Under the pieces are notes generated by a model, which was not told the origin of the DNA, made no database searches, and worked only from the letters and a program-made list of their open reading frames with translations. This document shows, piece after piece, positions 39,567-52,385 of a DNA stretch of 64,000 nt (position 1 is its first letter; every line of letters begins with the position of its first letter). The DNA comes from Rhizophagus irregularis (Eukaryota). The stretch covers positions 3,720,001-3,784,000 of the forward strand of contig NC_089435.1 of NCBI RefSeq assembly GCF_026210795.1, written 5' to 3'. The position numbers were made by a program, and so were the translations under genes.

Positions 39567-41140
39567 ATGTATTTAATTACAGAAATATGTTTAAGTTTAA
39601 TAGGTCTATTAATTTATTTGATAATAAAATATCCTGATAGAAGTATTGCTACTAGATCAAGACCTGATATTAATGGTAATAAAGGTTATCCACTTATTGG
39701 TAATCTTATATCAGTTCTCAATAATGATGTAGTTCTTCTTATGCATTGTACTTTGATGGAATATGGTCCTGTTTCGTAAGTATGCCATAATTCGATATGA
39801 TTTAATATGTTTCTTGTACCAAACAGGAAAGTAATATGAAAAAATTCCTATCAGTTTATGTATTGTTTTATTTATTTGATGGGGGAATAATGATATCGGT
39901 CTATCCCTCATCCAGTCATTTGGATTACTGCGATCTGTGATGACCAATAAGAATTAATGCTATTGATGCTATTGATACTATTAATGCATATCCCTATGCA
40001 TATCCCCTAGTCGACTAATCAATAATTACATTACTAGAATTTTAATATGTACGATATATTTGCATCATTTCATATTTAGGACATATACAATTCCCGTATT
40101 AGGAAGACAAATTACGGTTAACAGCCCCGAATTATTAGAACACGTAATGAAAAGTATTCTATCATATATTCATTTTATATTAACAATCATTTCTTTAAAT
40201 TGAACGAATAATAAAATGATTGAACGAACAATGCTAAAAAAATTTTTTTTTTTTTCTGTTTACGTAATTTAAGCAAAATTTGATAATTATGTTAAAGGAA
40301 CAATATTTTCCAAAATAGTTTATGATGTATTAGGTGATGGTATTTTCAATGCTGACGGGTAAGTTTTATGTTAATAATATTTATAATATTTAAAAATTAA
40401 AATATTTTTTGTTAATAGAGAAATGTGGAAATTTCAAAGAAGATTAGCAAGTCATTTATTTCGTGGACAAAATTTTCGTGATGTTATCTGTGTAGTATTT
40501 GAAGAAGAAACAAAAATTTTACTTAATATTTTACAAGAAGCTGCAAAAAAGGGTGACGTAATCGATCTACAGGATATATTTTTTAGATTCACTCTAGATT
40601 CGTTCGGAAAGTAAATATTATAATAATTTAATTTAAGTATATTTTTTAAATATATTAACCATTTCATTTCTTAGGATAACATTTGAAACTGATTTTGGTT
40701 CTTTAACAAATCCTAATGAACCAGTACAATTTGCTGAAGCATTTGATTTCGTTCAAACTATGATTGATAAAAGATTTATAAATCCCATATGGCCAATTAC
40801 TGAATTACTTACAAAAGATGGTGCTAAAATGCGTTCTTCTTGTAAATATTTATCAAATTATGCTTATAATATCGTTAAGAAAAGAAGAGATAATGAAGGA
40901 TCATTAAAAAATAATGATATTTTAAGTATGTTTATGAATGCTGAAATTAATGATGAAAATGGAAATATGAGAAAATTAAGTGATAAAGAATTAAGAGATA
41001 TTGTCTTGAATTTACTTATTGCTGGTAAGTATTAACATAAAAAAGAATTTATTCAATTTCGATTTAAAGTAACAAATATTTTTATTTTAAAAAAATTAGG
41101 ACGTGACACTACTGCGCAGGTAATTTAAAAATTTAATACA

Positions 41141-41176
<36 letters not shown>

Positions 41177-41884
41177 ATTACATTTTTAATTATGTATTCT
41201 ATAGGCAATTTCATGGATGATGTATAATATTATGGTACATCCAGATGTTGAAGAGAAATTAATAAAGGAAGCAAATTCATCCGAAAATCTAATCCCAAGT
41301 TACGATGAGATTAAAAAATTCAAATATGCACATGCTGTATTCCATGAAACGTTGAGATTACATCCTTCAGTTCCAAAGAATAATAAGGTAATTAAAATTA
41401 ATTTCATTTCAAAAATTATAGCTTGAATTAATTTTTGTATTTTAATAGTTGTGTATAAAGGATGATGTATTACCTAATGGAATACCTATTCATGCTGGAG
41501 AATGGGTTTCTTGGTCTAGTTGGGCTATGGGAAGAGATGAAAGAATTTGGGGAAAAGATGCGCAAAAATTTATTCCAGACCGATTTTTGGAAAATGAGAG
41601 GCCAAATCAGTATAAATTTAACAGCTTTAATTGTGGCCCAAGAATATGGTAAATTATAATATTGATGATCAAGACGTTATAATAATTATGCTTATATTCT
41701 TTTTTTTCATTTAAGTCTCGGACAAAATTTTGCTACGGTTGAAGCGTTAACAGTTGCAACGACGATATTAAAACAATTCAAATTTGAATTATTGCCTGGT
41801 CAAAAATCACCACCTGATTTTGCACAATCAATAACGTTACGAATGAAAAATCCTTTATTGGTTAAAGTTCATTTTCGACAATAA
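39567..41884 (+). CDS. Cytochrome P450 (CYP86/CYP704-like fatty-acid hydroxylase type), 9 exons, ~493 aa
   Basis: Exons 39567-39775, 40080-40153, 40274-40358, 40419-40610, 40675-41024, 41100-41119, 41205-41387, 41449-41648 and 41716-41884 (1482 nt). N-terminal TM anchor; GDGIFNADG..WKFQR; AGRDTTA; ETLRLHPSVP; FIPDRF; FNCGPRICLG haem motif. Confidence 0.93.
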
Positions 41885-42843
41885 CCAAATTTGTGTTTTT
41901 ACAGTTAAATTTGGGTTGATTTTGTTATTAACTGTAGAGGGATGATTTTATTGTATTATGCTTTTCAAAGTCGCTTTTATTGTCACTCTAATTTTGATTG
42001 TTTGTCTAAATGGATATACTGTATAATTAAGTTCCTTTGATAAGTAAAAGTAGAGTTTATATAAATTATTAATTAATTAATTGCATAGTCTAAAATTTTA
42101 TATGATATAATTATTACTATAAAATAGCGAGAACATAACTTACTTATTAATTATTTAAACAGTAAATTTTTTTCTAAAAATTAAGAAGTAAAAATGATAA
42201 AATTGTAACAAATTTATTTAAAAATACTTTTTGGAGGCGTGACTTTTTGGGCTTATAATAACACAAAATATTAAAATTCAGAATTATTGGATTAACGTCT
42301 GTTCGAACTCATTATCCCAAAATCTTTTTTTTTTATTCCGATGAATATGTCACGTGTGTGCTATTTTTTTTGGATTTTTGCGTTAACAAAGACTCTTCTG
42401 AAATGTGTGCCATCATTTGCAAAAAAAAAAATTTATAAAATATGGTAAATATTACCAGAGCATTACAATTTGAAATTTTTTATTTGATTTTAACCAGTAA
42501 AAGGTTTATAAGTCTGGTGATTTTCATTCTGGGTAAAATTCAATTTCTATATTAAGCACTACCATCACTGTAATAATTTAATTAGCCTTTTTAAAGTCAT
42601 TGGTTTTAAGAAAGATTAACATAACAATGATCTGACTTAAATATAGTATTTAGTTAGTCGATTTATACTTTTTTAAAGGAAAGTGAGTATCTTCAAGAAG
42701 GATTGTTTATTTTTTTTTTTTCGGAAATTTAGATATAAAATTACAAAAAATAATTATAGGTTATTAATGAATTATAATAATGGTAATTATAGAATAAATT
42801 TTTGAATTTTTTGAACTATATCATATTATAATATATATATTTT

Positions 42844-43366
42844 TTAAAATAAAATTATAGCAGCCATAACAACACCGGCGGCGGCGGCATTAACCATTCC
42901 AGCTCGTGCAGGAACGGGTTCAGCAGCGTTTGATGAGCTTGATGAACTGCTTTGGCTGGCGCTTGGTGAGGCACCGCTTGCTGATGCGCCTCCTGAAGGT
43001 GAAACCGTTTTCGAGACTGTACCGCTTACAGAAAAAACAGAACTAACGACTGTTGTTGGACTAGGAACCACCGAAAGGGATGTAGAACTTACTGTAACAG
43101 GTGCTTTTAAGATTGAAGATAAATAATTAGTACATATATATTAAAGGAAGGGATTGTAAGGAACTTAACTTACGTGATACGAAGCTGGTACTTTCAACTG
43201 GAATAGTAGTAGTAGAGGTAGTTGGAACAGGAACAGTTGTTGGAGCCACATCTACACTGGTAACTGTTGAAGGTGCACCTGCATCTGGCGCTCCTTGAGA
43301 TTCAATATATCTTGGTAAACAAGAAATGATGAATAAGACGATGAAGAATAAAGTAATTGATTTCAT
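42844..43366 (-). CDS. Small secreted Ser/Thr/Pro-rich, probably GPI-anchored surface protein, 2 exons, ~150 aa
   Basis: Exons 43366-43174 and 43103-42844 (453 nt). Signal-like MKSITLFFIVLFIISCL, S/T-rich body, SNAA small-residue site and hydrophobic tail AAAAGVVMAAIILF. Confidence 0.82.
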
Positions 43367-45023
43367 TTTTGCGATTGATTATAAATTAATTGAAAAAGGT
43401 ATCTGATATTATTTTAGATTATTTAGATTATGGTAATTATTGAAATAAAAACTTGATTTTGAAAAAAAAAAGAAAAAAAAATTTAACCTCTTTTTATAAG
43501 AAACTGTGAATTAAATTTATAAGATGGAAAAATAAATTATATCATTATGATGAACTTGGCGTTTCTTTTCAAATCTTTATAACTTCCATTTTTTTTTCTT
43601 GTGAATAATAATCACAATACGATAGAGTACAAAGATTATTTTTGCAATTGCTTGGAAAAAATTTAATTATAAATCATTATTTATTTAATTATCTTGTGTT
43701 CGGTCTGTTATAGATTAGTCTTTGGGGCAATGTATAAAGTAATATTAATAGATGATGTAATAATGACCAATTAATTAGATCAACTTATACGTAGACAAAA
43801 ATTCGTGTTACAATAAGTATTTCCTCGATCATCTCATATGGTATCATAATGCCATAATTCTGGTAAAAATTTTATCTGAATATCAGATTACTGCAAAAAA
43901 TTGTACTTTCTTTAAATCACTATGACGAGCAAGTGATTGTAACGCAAATATGTTCGGAAAAATCTTTTTGGGTGTACAAATCAAAAAAAAAAAATAAAGG
44001 GATTTTTCCCAATTGTTTTCTTTGCCAAGTCTTTTCGCCCATTTATATAATTGTTTGTCGGTTTCACAAGACTACTCTCTTATAGAAAATAATAATAATT
44101 TTTTTTTTTTTCGTGGTTCTCAAATTTAAGCCGTTTACATCAAGTAAAATTATGTAATTTTTTTATTTTATTCTAAAAAAAACTTAGACATGTGATTAAT
44201 TTTCTAAAAAAATCTTGAGACAAAAATACATAACCGATCGGTAAATCAAAAATTAGCGGAAACCGCTAATTACAAATTTTTCGAGCGAATTTTACTGGAT
44301 CATACATATTATATTGCTTTTTTCCGTTTTATAATTTAATATATAATGTACTTTACTCCTATTATCCGACCCTTACAGTTCCTTTTTTTGGGGGACGTCC
44401 GTAACCACCAAAACACGTGACCGATTTTGCCGATCATGTCTAAGATAGTTAGATCAATTTATAGAAATTTTTAATACAAATATTATTCAGCATAATCTCT
44501 ATGGGAATAAATACTTTCTTTCTCTACAAGTTTGATTAGATCTTTTTTTATAAACAAAGATCATAATTACTATTGGCTAATTTATCATGTTATTTATAGA
44601 TTTTAGGATTTTTAACTATACTAGTTTGATTAGGGTTAAAAGAAAGGATTATATCACATTTTTGCTATTTTATATTTAAATTTGTAAAAGTTAACATTAG
44701 CAAAAAAATCATCATTTAAAACCCATATTTTCTCTCTAAGTAAATTTGCAAAAAAAGCAAAATGCATATAAAATTCAATTTTAAAATCCATATAGGGGTT
44801 TTGCTAAGTTTATTTGAAAAATAAAAATGAAATTTTCTCAAAAATTAATCACATTCTGGTAATTTCTTAGTAATTATGCTGGAAAAATCTTATAGCAAAG
44901 CAGAATTATGTAATTATTGTAAAATATTTATTACTAGTATTATGCTCATTCATTTTTCCATTTTTATTAAATATTTTGAGAGACTTGAATTTTTTCAGTT
45001 AGTTAATATTGAAAACCTATATA

Positions 45024-45330
45024 CAGTCAATTTTCTATAAATGCATTCCCCTTGGAATCAGGTATAAGAGTGCATTTAAAGAGGATATGCATTTATAGAA
45101 TGCATATAAATCTATATGATATTAATCTAAAATTAAGGTAATACAAAAATTTTATAAGTAAACTATATAAAATTTTTTTATAAAGGATGCATTTACAGAA
45201 TATATATATATATAAACTGTGCATTTAGCATTAAGGTCCAAGTTGGGACTAGATAAAAGGTGCATTATAGAGGGTACACATTTATAGAGGATGTGTATTT
45301 ATAGAGGGTGCATTTATAAAGAATTGATTG
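45024..45330. mobile_element. Tc1/mariner (pogo/Tigger-type) MITE
   Basis: cagtcaattttctataaatgcattccc versus reverse complement caatcaattctttataaatgcaccctc. TA on both sides. Internal repeats of gcatttatagag. Confidence 0.78.
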
Positions 45331-45589
45331 TATCATTTTTTTTATTTGTCATACGCATAGTTTTTTAATACAATAATACTGGCTAAAACTGCTCCACTTT
45401 AAACATTTTTCTTTTTGAAATGTGATTAGTCATTCATTTTATTTTACATATTTCTGCTTCTTATTAAATATTTTACAATCTAAAAAAAATGTAAATAATT
45501 TTATTAGCATTTACTGTTAATATATATAATGAAATAAAATGATTAATTTTATTTTCATTATATCATTTTATTTTTATTTATTATTTTGT

Positions 45590-46970
45590 ATTATTAATAT
45601 TAATTTATTTTTTACTTTATAAAAAGGAATTATTAATTGCTATAGTTATCAAAAAGATAACAACTTATAAATTCTAAATTAATAGAAATAAGTAATTAGT
45701 TAAAAAAACTATTTATTTATTTTATTTATATAATTAAAAAAATAAATACAACTTAATTATATATTTTAATTAATAAATTAATTTAGTTTCAGATTTAAAA
45801 TAGTATATTTTAATTCAAATGTTAGTATATTTTTAAATGTAATAAAAGGTAAAATCTTTTATATTATAAAAAATTCTTCAATTCAAAAAAAGTATAATTA
45901 TATAAAATTTTAGACTTAATTACTATTATAATTTCATTATAATAGATTAATAAAGTTACAATAGTATTACAATATAAAATGATAAGTTTCTTTATTATTG
46001 TTTAATATTTATTTTTTTTCTTTATTATTTTCCATTTGCTTTTTAGATAGTACTTAAAAAATGCAAATATTAGTATATTTTCAACTTGAGCAATTCTATT
46101 CTAAAAAGTAACCTTAATTTGAATTTAATTAGGTTTATTTTAAGATGCAATCTCAATTTAAATCTGAATAATTCTATTCTAAAAGTAATCTTAATTTGAA
46201 TTTAATATTTTAAGATGCAATTTCAATTTAATTAAAAGTAATTTTAATCCAAATTTAAATAGTTTTATCCTAAAGAGTAATTTCAAAGAAACATCAATTC
46301 AAATCTGAGTAATTTGTATTATAATAATTATAATAGTATTTAAAAAAAAAATTTGAAATAGATATTAATATTATATAATATAAAGTAATTACCATAAAAT
46401 CCTGATTATAAGCACCCCCCAAATATAAGCACCCCCAGATTTTTATATTACCTGAAAGTAAGCATCTTTGACCAACACTATGATAATTTTGGCCAATAAT
46501 ACAATATACCAAATATATAAATTTACCCAAATATAAGCACCCTATAACAAAAAAAGGTTGCTTATATTCGGGACTTTATGGTAATTGCAATTAAGTTTTT
46601 AATTTAGAACTTAGAAGTATTTTATTATGTTTTTTTCTTAGATTTTTTCACTAAAGTTTTTTTTTTTTTTGTCTTTTTATCTTCATCTATTACTTTGCAA
46701 TTATTAATATTAATTTATTTCTTTTATTACAAAAAAAGGAAAAAAAGGAATTATTAAATTGCTATAATTATTAAAAAAATAATTTTGATATTTTTTTTAA
46801 TAAAATAGAGATAGAATTGGTTAAAAGAGATATTTGCAGTACTTGTTTCACTCATACATTCATTAAAAGAGTAGAAATAAAGTATTTGTTTATATTTTGT
46901 AAATTAATATTTTATACTTTGATTAATAAATTAACCTAGTTTTTAGATTTAAAATAGTGTATTTTAATAT
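45590..46970. repeat. Degenerate direct duplication (45590-45810 vs 46700-46965) plus a short tandem duplication at 46090-46230
   Basis: attattaatattaatttatt...aaaaaggaattatta..ttgcta and taataaatta..tagttt.agatttaaaatagt.tatttt occur in both copies. aattctattctaaaa..gtaa.cttaatttgaatttaat..taagatgcaat occurs twice. Confidence 0.6.
46392..46581. mobile_element. Tc1/mariner-type MITE
   Basis: ccataaaatcctgattataagca versus reverse complement ccataaagtcccgaatataagca. TA on both sides. Internal tataagcaccc repeats. Confidence 0.8.
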
Positions 46971-47149
46971 ATATTCAGATGATAATATATTCTTAAATGC
47001 AATGAAAGGCAAATTGTTTTATATTGTTGAAAATGTATTGATTCAGCTTTCTGAATTTCTAAAGTATATAAATTCAGTAATACAAAAGAGCTAGTATAAT
47101 ATGAATTGGTAAGTTTCTTTATTATTATTTTTTCTTTACTAAAGCTGTG

Positions 47150-48345
47150 CTCACGAAGTGATTTTTCCGCAAGATTGCTCAATGACCTCACCTTTTTTAT
47201 TTCCCCTCTTATTATCCAATTCAAGAAGAGTCCACCCCTCCAACAGCAAGATAATATGACCAAGGATTTTTTCCACTATATCCTTCATACTCACATCTTC
47301 GTACGCGACAAATAGAGACTTCAAACGATAGTTTCCCTTCATTGTCGTGCGTACATTCATGATCCTTCAAAATTTTCTTCGTTCGAAAAGATTTTTTTTT
47401 TGTTTATGTTTTTCTTCTATGATAATAACAGATTTGTATATGTATAGTTAAAATGAATAAAGGCGTGGCTAAGCTCCAAGACGCTCAGCGAAACCCTGTC
47501 TAAAATTATCTTTTTTGACCTCGATTAAACCAATAATTCGTCCAGTCCTCGATCAGCTTCTCTGGTACTATATTTACTTGATCTTTGAATGGTAAATTGC
47601 AGAGGCGAAGAATAGATATTTTTTGTGACCTCATAGGATACATCGATGCAATGCGAGTTTGCAACTCATCAAGAAGTTTGCGCAACGCTCTTTATATTTC
47701 TCATTCTTAGTAACCACACGAAAAAATGGCATACACATCAACTTCATCATCGCCAAGCCCATAAGCTCGCACACTTTCGGAAATGTCCATTCATAAACAC
47801 GGCTAGTTTGAAGTTGCCTTTGATGCTAGAGACTGCAATATCTTTCGAAACGAGACATCATTCCTAGATGAATATCTCATAAAGTTGAGCACCATTTCAT
47901 CATTTTCGAGCGCGGGTGGTTGGTACATATCACATATTAAATTTTTGAGTCCATTGAGGGTTGCATGTTCGATATTCACCGCCCACTTGACAGCGCAGAA
48001 GTCTGCAACACAATTGCTTGGTTAGTAAAAAAATTTCGGACAGTAGTTTGATAGTGATATCAGTCTAGGATTTGCTTTTTACAAATAATACAGCTTTCAT
48101 AACTTAAAAAATTCGCTGGAAAAAAAATCATACCATAGACAAACTTGTTAAACAACGTCCGTAATGAGGCAACCTCGTCAAGTGATTCAAGTAATTACTG
48201 TTCACGACTCGAAATGACGGTTGAGTTGGGTGGGTTGACTAAGACATGAATACTCTTATTAGACGGTTTCTCAGGCCAATAATCTTCCTATTACTCTGAT
48301 TTTTTTGCATAGCGTCTTTGAGGTCACCAACAAGTCTAACATTTC
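47150..48345 (-). pseudogene. Crinkler (CRN)-like pseudogene
   Basis: Minus strand reads VGDLKDAMQK, YWPEKPSNKSIHVLVNPP (HVLVxxP CRN N-terminal boundary motif), an intron, KWAVNIEHATLNGLK, WTFPKVCEL, and the end MKDIVEKILGHIILLLE. Stops, shifts and deletions are present. Confidence 0.7.
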
Positions 48346-49134
48346 GGCTTATATATTATTATTGGCTAAATTTCCATATATATGAGGACAAGTATCATAT
48401 GAAAAAATTATAAAATACTTATGTGAGATTACTCGGTCAGCAGGACGACTTCTGTTTTGGGGTTGGGTTGTAACACATGTTTAGCTTTTTATTGGAGTAT
48501 TTATTAATTAAGTGAATTACATGTGATCAGAATCAAAATTGAGCTTGTCAATCTTGGAAGTTATTTTCCTTAAACAACTAAGTAGAAGTTTTTCCGCTAA
48601 TTTGTACTTTTTCATGTGAATTTCTTTCTTTTTTTAAAGCGCTTTCAAAATAATTTCACTTACACTGCAGCATGCGGATCTACGTATAGCTTAATAAAAA
48701 CAATGAAAATTCGGGATTAATCTCAAAATGGAACTCTTAAATCTTAATGTATGAAGAAACCCCCGTTCAAGAAAACGCATTTGTAAGTTCTTAATCAACG
48801 AGACTACCTTCGCCATATTGAGATTATTAAAGAATATAAAAGGTTAACGGTGAGGTCTTCCTGTTATTAGATGGACAGGGCTCTCCATACGAATTTCCTG
48901 ATGATTTATTCTGTTAATCACAAAAAAGTCAAGGAAATCATAATTTGTGATTCTACAATGGACACACTTACCACAAATAAAGAAATAATAATAAAGTAAC
49001 CTCATAAATTGGGAAACAAAGATATTATCTGGCGAATGAAAGTTTGATACTGCGCAACTTTGAGTTAATAAAAACCATCTCCTGGAGTCCTGGTTTACAT
49101 TTCGTGAATAGTAATGATTAACAATGTTTTTTCG

Positions 49135-49374
49135 TAGCCATTTTACCAAATGGACATTTCGCCGAATGAATATTTGGCCGAATGAACATTTGGCCGAAAA
49201 ATTATTTATTCATTTTATTGTTTTTATACTAAATAGTACATAAAGAAATCTTTTCTAGATAAATTATTGAATTAGATGATTTTTATTAAATTTATCTCGT
49301 TGAATATTTTTATAAAAATGTTTAATTGCTACCATTTTCGACGAAATGTCCATTCTGAGAAATGCACTGTAACC
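49135..49374. mobile_element. Degenerate MITE-like inverted element
   Basis: Left aatggacatttcgccgaa with tandem (a)catttggccgaa units versus right ttcgacgaaatgtccatt (its inverse). Left boundary and TSD not resolved. Confidence 0.45.
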
Positions 49375-50058
49375 TAATTATCCCTGGTTTGAGATCTTGA
49401 TATTCGTGATTAGCTGTAGAAACTTCCATAATTTCATAATCAATCAACACTGGGATAATTTTTCATTAACCGTTCCTGAAAATGTAGAACCTTTTTTACA
49501 TATCATTCCATTAGATTACGTTAGGCAACATCGATTTTGTTCACAACGTTTTTGGCTTATATGATATTTGGTTACAAATTTATTTATACATATGCAGCAA
49601 ATCAAAGTAATTTATCACCAAAAATAAATCAAAAAGAAAATAGGGAATTTTCCCAATTGTTTTTTTGCCCGACTATATATTTGTTTGTTGGTTTCACGAG
49701 ACATAGGCGATAATAAAATTTTTTTCGTAACACACAAAGTGGGGTAAAGTTACCCAATTTTGTTCGTTTCCGATAATCTACCAGAATTATGTTTTCATTT
49801 CATTCATAAGAAATATCCAGGATATGTTAAATGAATTTTATTGGGCCATACAATGGCACAAATAAAGAATCAAAATAAGTATCGCCAAAAATTAAATTGT
49901 TCAAAAAAAAAAAAATAATTATTTTCATATATATATACATATATTAGATATATATAACCTAAATAATAAATATTATATGGATAGAAGTTTTACTAGCATA
50001 CACATCAAGTGTAAAAAATGTATAAGTTTTTTAATTTGGCGATCGTTATCATCAGGGT

Positions 50059-51273
50059 TCATACTTTTCTAGATTTCACAGGACAAACAAAAGGTTGAGA
50101 AGCATAATAAGAGGGAATAGTCCAAGCGCGAGCTCTCATTAAAAATGCGCCATCATCAATACGAATCACAATTTCTTCAAAATACAATGGTTTGCCTTTT
50201 GTGGTTACACCACAGTAAGCTGATAAATCATTATAATTATAATATTTTGTACCATCGATCTCAACGCAAGAACCTTTTAAGTATGGTAATTTCAATGAAG
50301 GAGTTAAAGTAAGAGAACCTTCAGATGTTCTAAAAGATTCTGTGAGTGCACGAAAAATCTTATCATCTGCGGAATCCTTTAAAGTAAGATTTTCGAATTT
50401 TACGCCATTGTTCAAATTAGACGTTACGGTTGCTAATGCATCTCTTCCGTGGATTTCTAATCGATATAAACCTTTGTCCGGGTTTGGTTTTATGATATTA
50501 TCGACATTATTTTGATCATTATTATTAGCGGTCGCATCGTTATTTATGACATTATTTTCATTTTCATCATTAGTGGTGTTATCTTCGGCGAGAGTATTAT
50601 CATTAGTACTATCATCATTATTACCACCTTCTTGACCATCTTCATTTGTTAATGGCTTGTTTTTTTTCAAAATTGGGTTAGTATCATAAATTAAAGAATG
50701 AGAATTCCATCTTGCTAATTCTATATCTTTAATATTTATAGCGACGATAGGTTCACTTTCAGAAGCGTATGTTAAAACTTTCCAAGGTATTATATTTTCA
50801 GGAAAATTCTTTTCATAAATGTCTTCTAATAAAATTTGTAACTTTTCAAACCCATAATATTTTACATCAGCCAATAAATTATTCATTGTAATTTTATCAT
50901 TAGCTGGCCAATCAACTTCATAACCTCTTAAATATCTAACCATCATACTAAAATATATTGGATCCCGTTCAATAAAAATACTCGTCGTTTTTGATTCAGA
51001 AAAATAACCAAAGAATGCTGCCGTAAAAAAATTTGGTGCATCACGACTTAATGATTCTGAAGTGAGACAAAATTTACTTTCTCCAACTTGAATATTATAT
51101 GTCTGAATTTTAGAATATTTCTCAAAATAATTATTAATATTAATATTATTATTATTTATATTTTCATTATTATTATTATTATTTATATTATTATTATGTC
51201 CAAGACCTTTATTTTTATTATGTTTATTTGATTTTTTGTTACGATTATTATTAGAGATGGTTTTGATAGCCAT
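50059..51273 (-). CDS. BTB/POZ (KCTD/T1-type) domain protein with Asn-rich tracts, 404 aa
   Basis: YNIQVGESKFCLTSESLSRDAPNFFTAAF..IFIERDPIYF..MVRYLRGY..LLADVKYYGFEKL. Confidence 0.82.
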   Translation of the reverse strand: MAIKTISNNNRNKKSNKHNKNKGLGHNNNINNNNNNENINNNNININNYFEKYSKIQTYNIQVGESKFCLTSESLSRDAPNFFTAAFFGYFSESKTTSIFIERDPIYFSMMVRYLRGYEVDWPANDKITMNNLLADVKYYGFEKLQILLEDIYEKNFPENIIPWKVLTYASESEPIVAINIKDIELARWNSHSLIYDTNPILKKNKPLTNEDGQEGGNNDDSTNDNTLAEDNTTNDENENNVINNDATANNNDQNNVDNIIKPNPDKGLYRLEIHGRDALATVTSNLNNGVKFENLTLKDSADDKIFRALTESFRTSEGSLTLTPSLKLPYLKGSCVEIDGTKYYNYNDLSAYCGVTTKGKPLYFEEIVIRIDDGAFLMRARAWTIPSYYASQPFVCPVKSRKV

Positions 51274-51989
51274 TTTCTTTTATAAAAGAAAGGAATTTAT
51301 AATGAAAAATAGGGATATAAAAAATCGATAAAAAAAAATGAGAAAAAAAAGGCAAAACATGAGATCTTTTATAATCTCGAATTATCGATGATCATTTAAA
51401 AAAAATATAAATGGATTTTTATATCAAGCATTTCAAGCATAAATTACATATGATATATTTTACAGTTACGCATTTTTTACTCACTTTTAAAACTTACTAT
51501 TATTGGTTAAAGAATAAATTTAATATTGCCAAGAATCATTTACGATCGATTATTTTATTTTTTAATAAAGCATAAAATGTAATTCACAAGATTTTTATTA
51601 TTAATTACGGAGTAAAAAAAAATCTTCAGTCGATCCCAATATCATAGCGCATATTGAACTTTTATTATTTCAATAGGTAAATTACACAGATATACCTTCC
51701 TGTTAGTGTAACAATATTGAATTTAAATTTTTTCAAGGAAAAAGAACCAAAATTTAGTGATCTTAATTCAACTTGATCGGCGGATATATTTTTTGCATAT
51801 GATAAAGTAATAAATTTTTATTGTTTTAAATTTATTTTGCATAAGATACGCAAGAAGAGTGAAAATACTATTATATATGGTAACCCCCCAAGGCCCCCAC
51901 CCCCTCATTGTCCAGTCGGCCGATTTTGAAGATCATTGTCATGTGGTGTGGGGGTTCAATCGTGATCAAAATGATTGGTTATACAAAAA

Positions 51990-52385
51990 TTAGGATTGAT
52001 CAGTTTTCTTTTGATCTACTTTTTGTTTTTCTTCTTTCATTTCTTTTTCTATATCTTTTTGTACATGTCCAACAATTCCTATAATAATTTTAATAATTAA
52101 TGACCGATGAATAAAACTCACAAAAAGGCAATTTTACCTTTAGGATCATTTTTCATCGCCGGAGGATGTACAATATGTTCCCGATCCTGCCATCTTTCTT
52201 TATTTTCATCCGATTTATCTACTGGAATCATATCATCATGCCTTGGTAATGCATGAAATACAACTGCAGAATTTGGTTCTCTACCTAAGGTTATATTCAT
52301 GTATATATAATATTAGTAAATATTTCTTTGTGTGAATAAAATATATAAATGACAGTATACCGATTGGATAATTGGGTTCAGTCAT
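51990..52385 (-). CDS. Small hydrophilic hypothetical protein, 3 exons, 86 aa
   Basis: Exons 52385-52361, 52284-52138 and 52078-51990 total 261 nt, with GT-AG introns of 76 and 59 nt. A-rich context before the ATG; open through to TAA. Confidence 0.65.
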
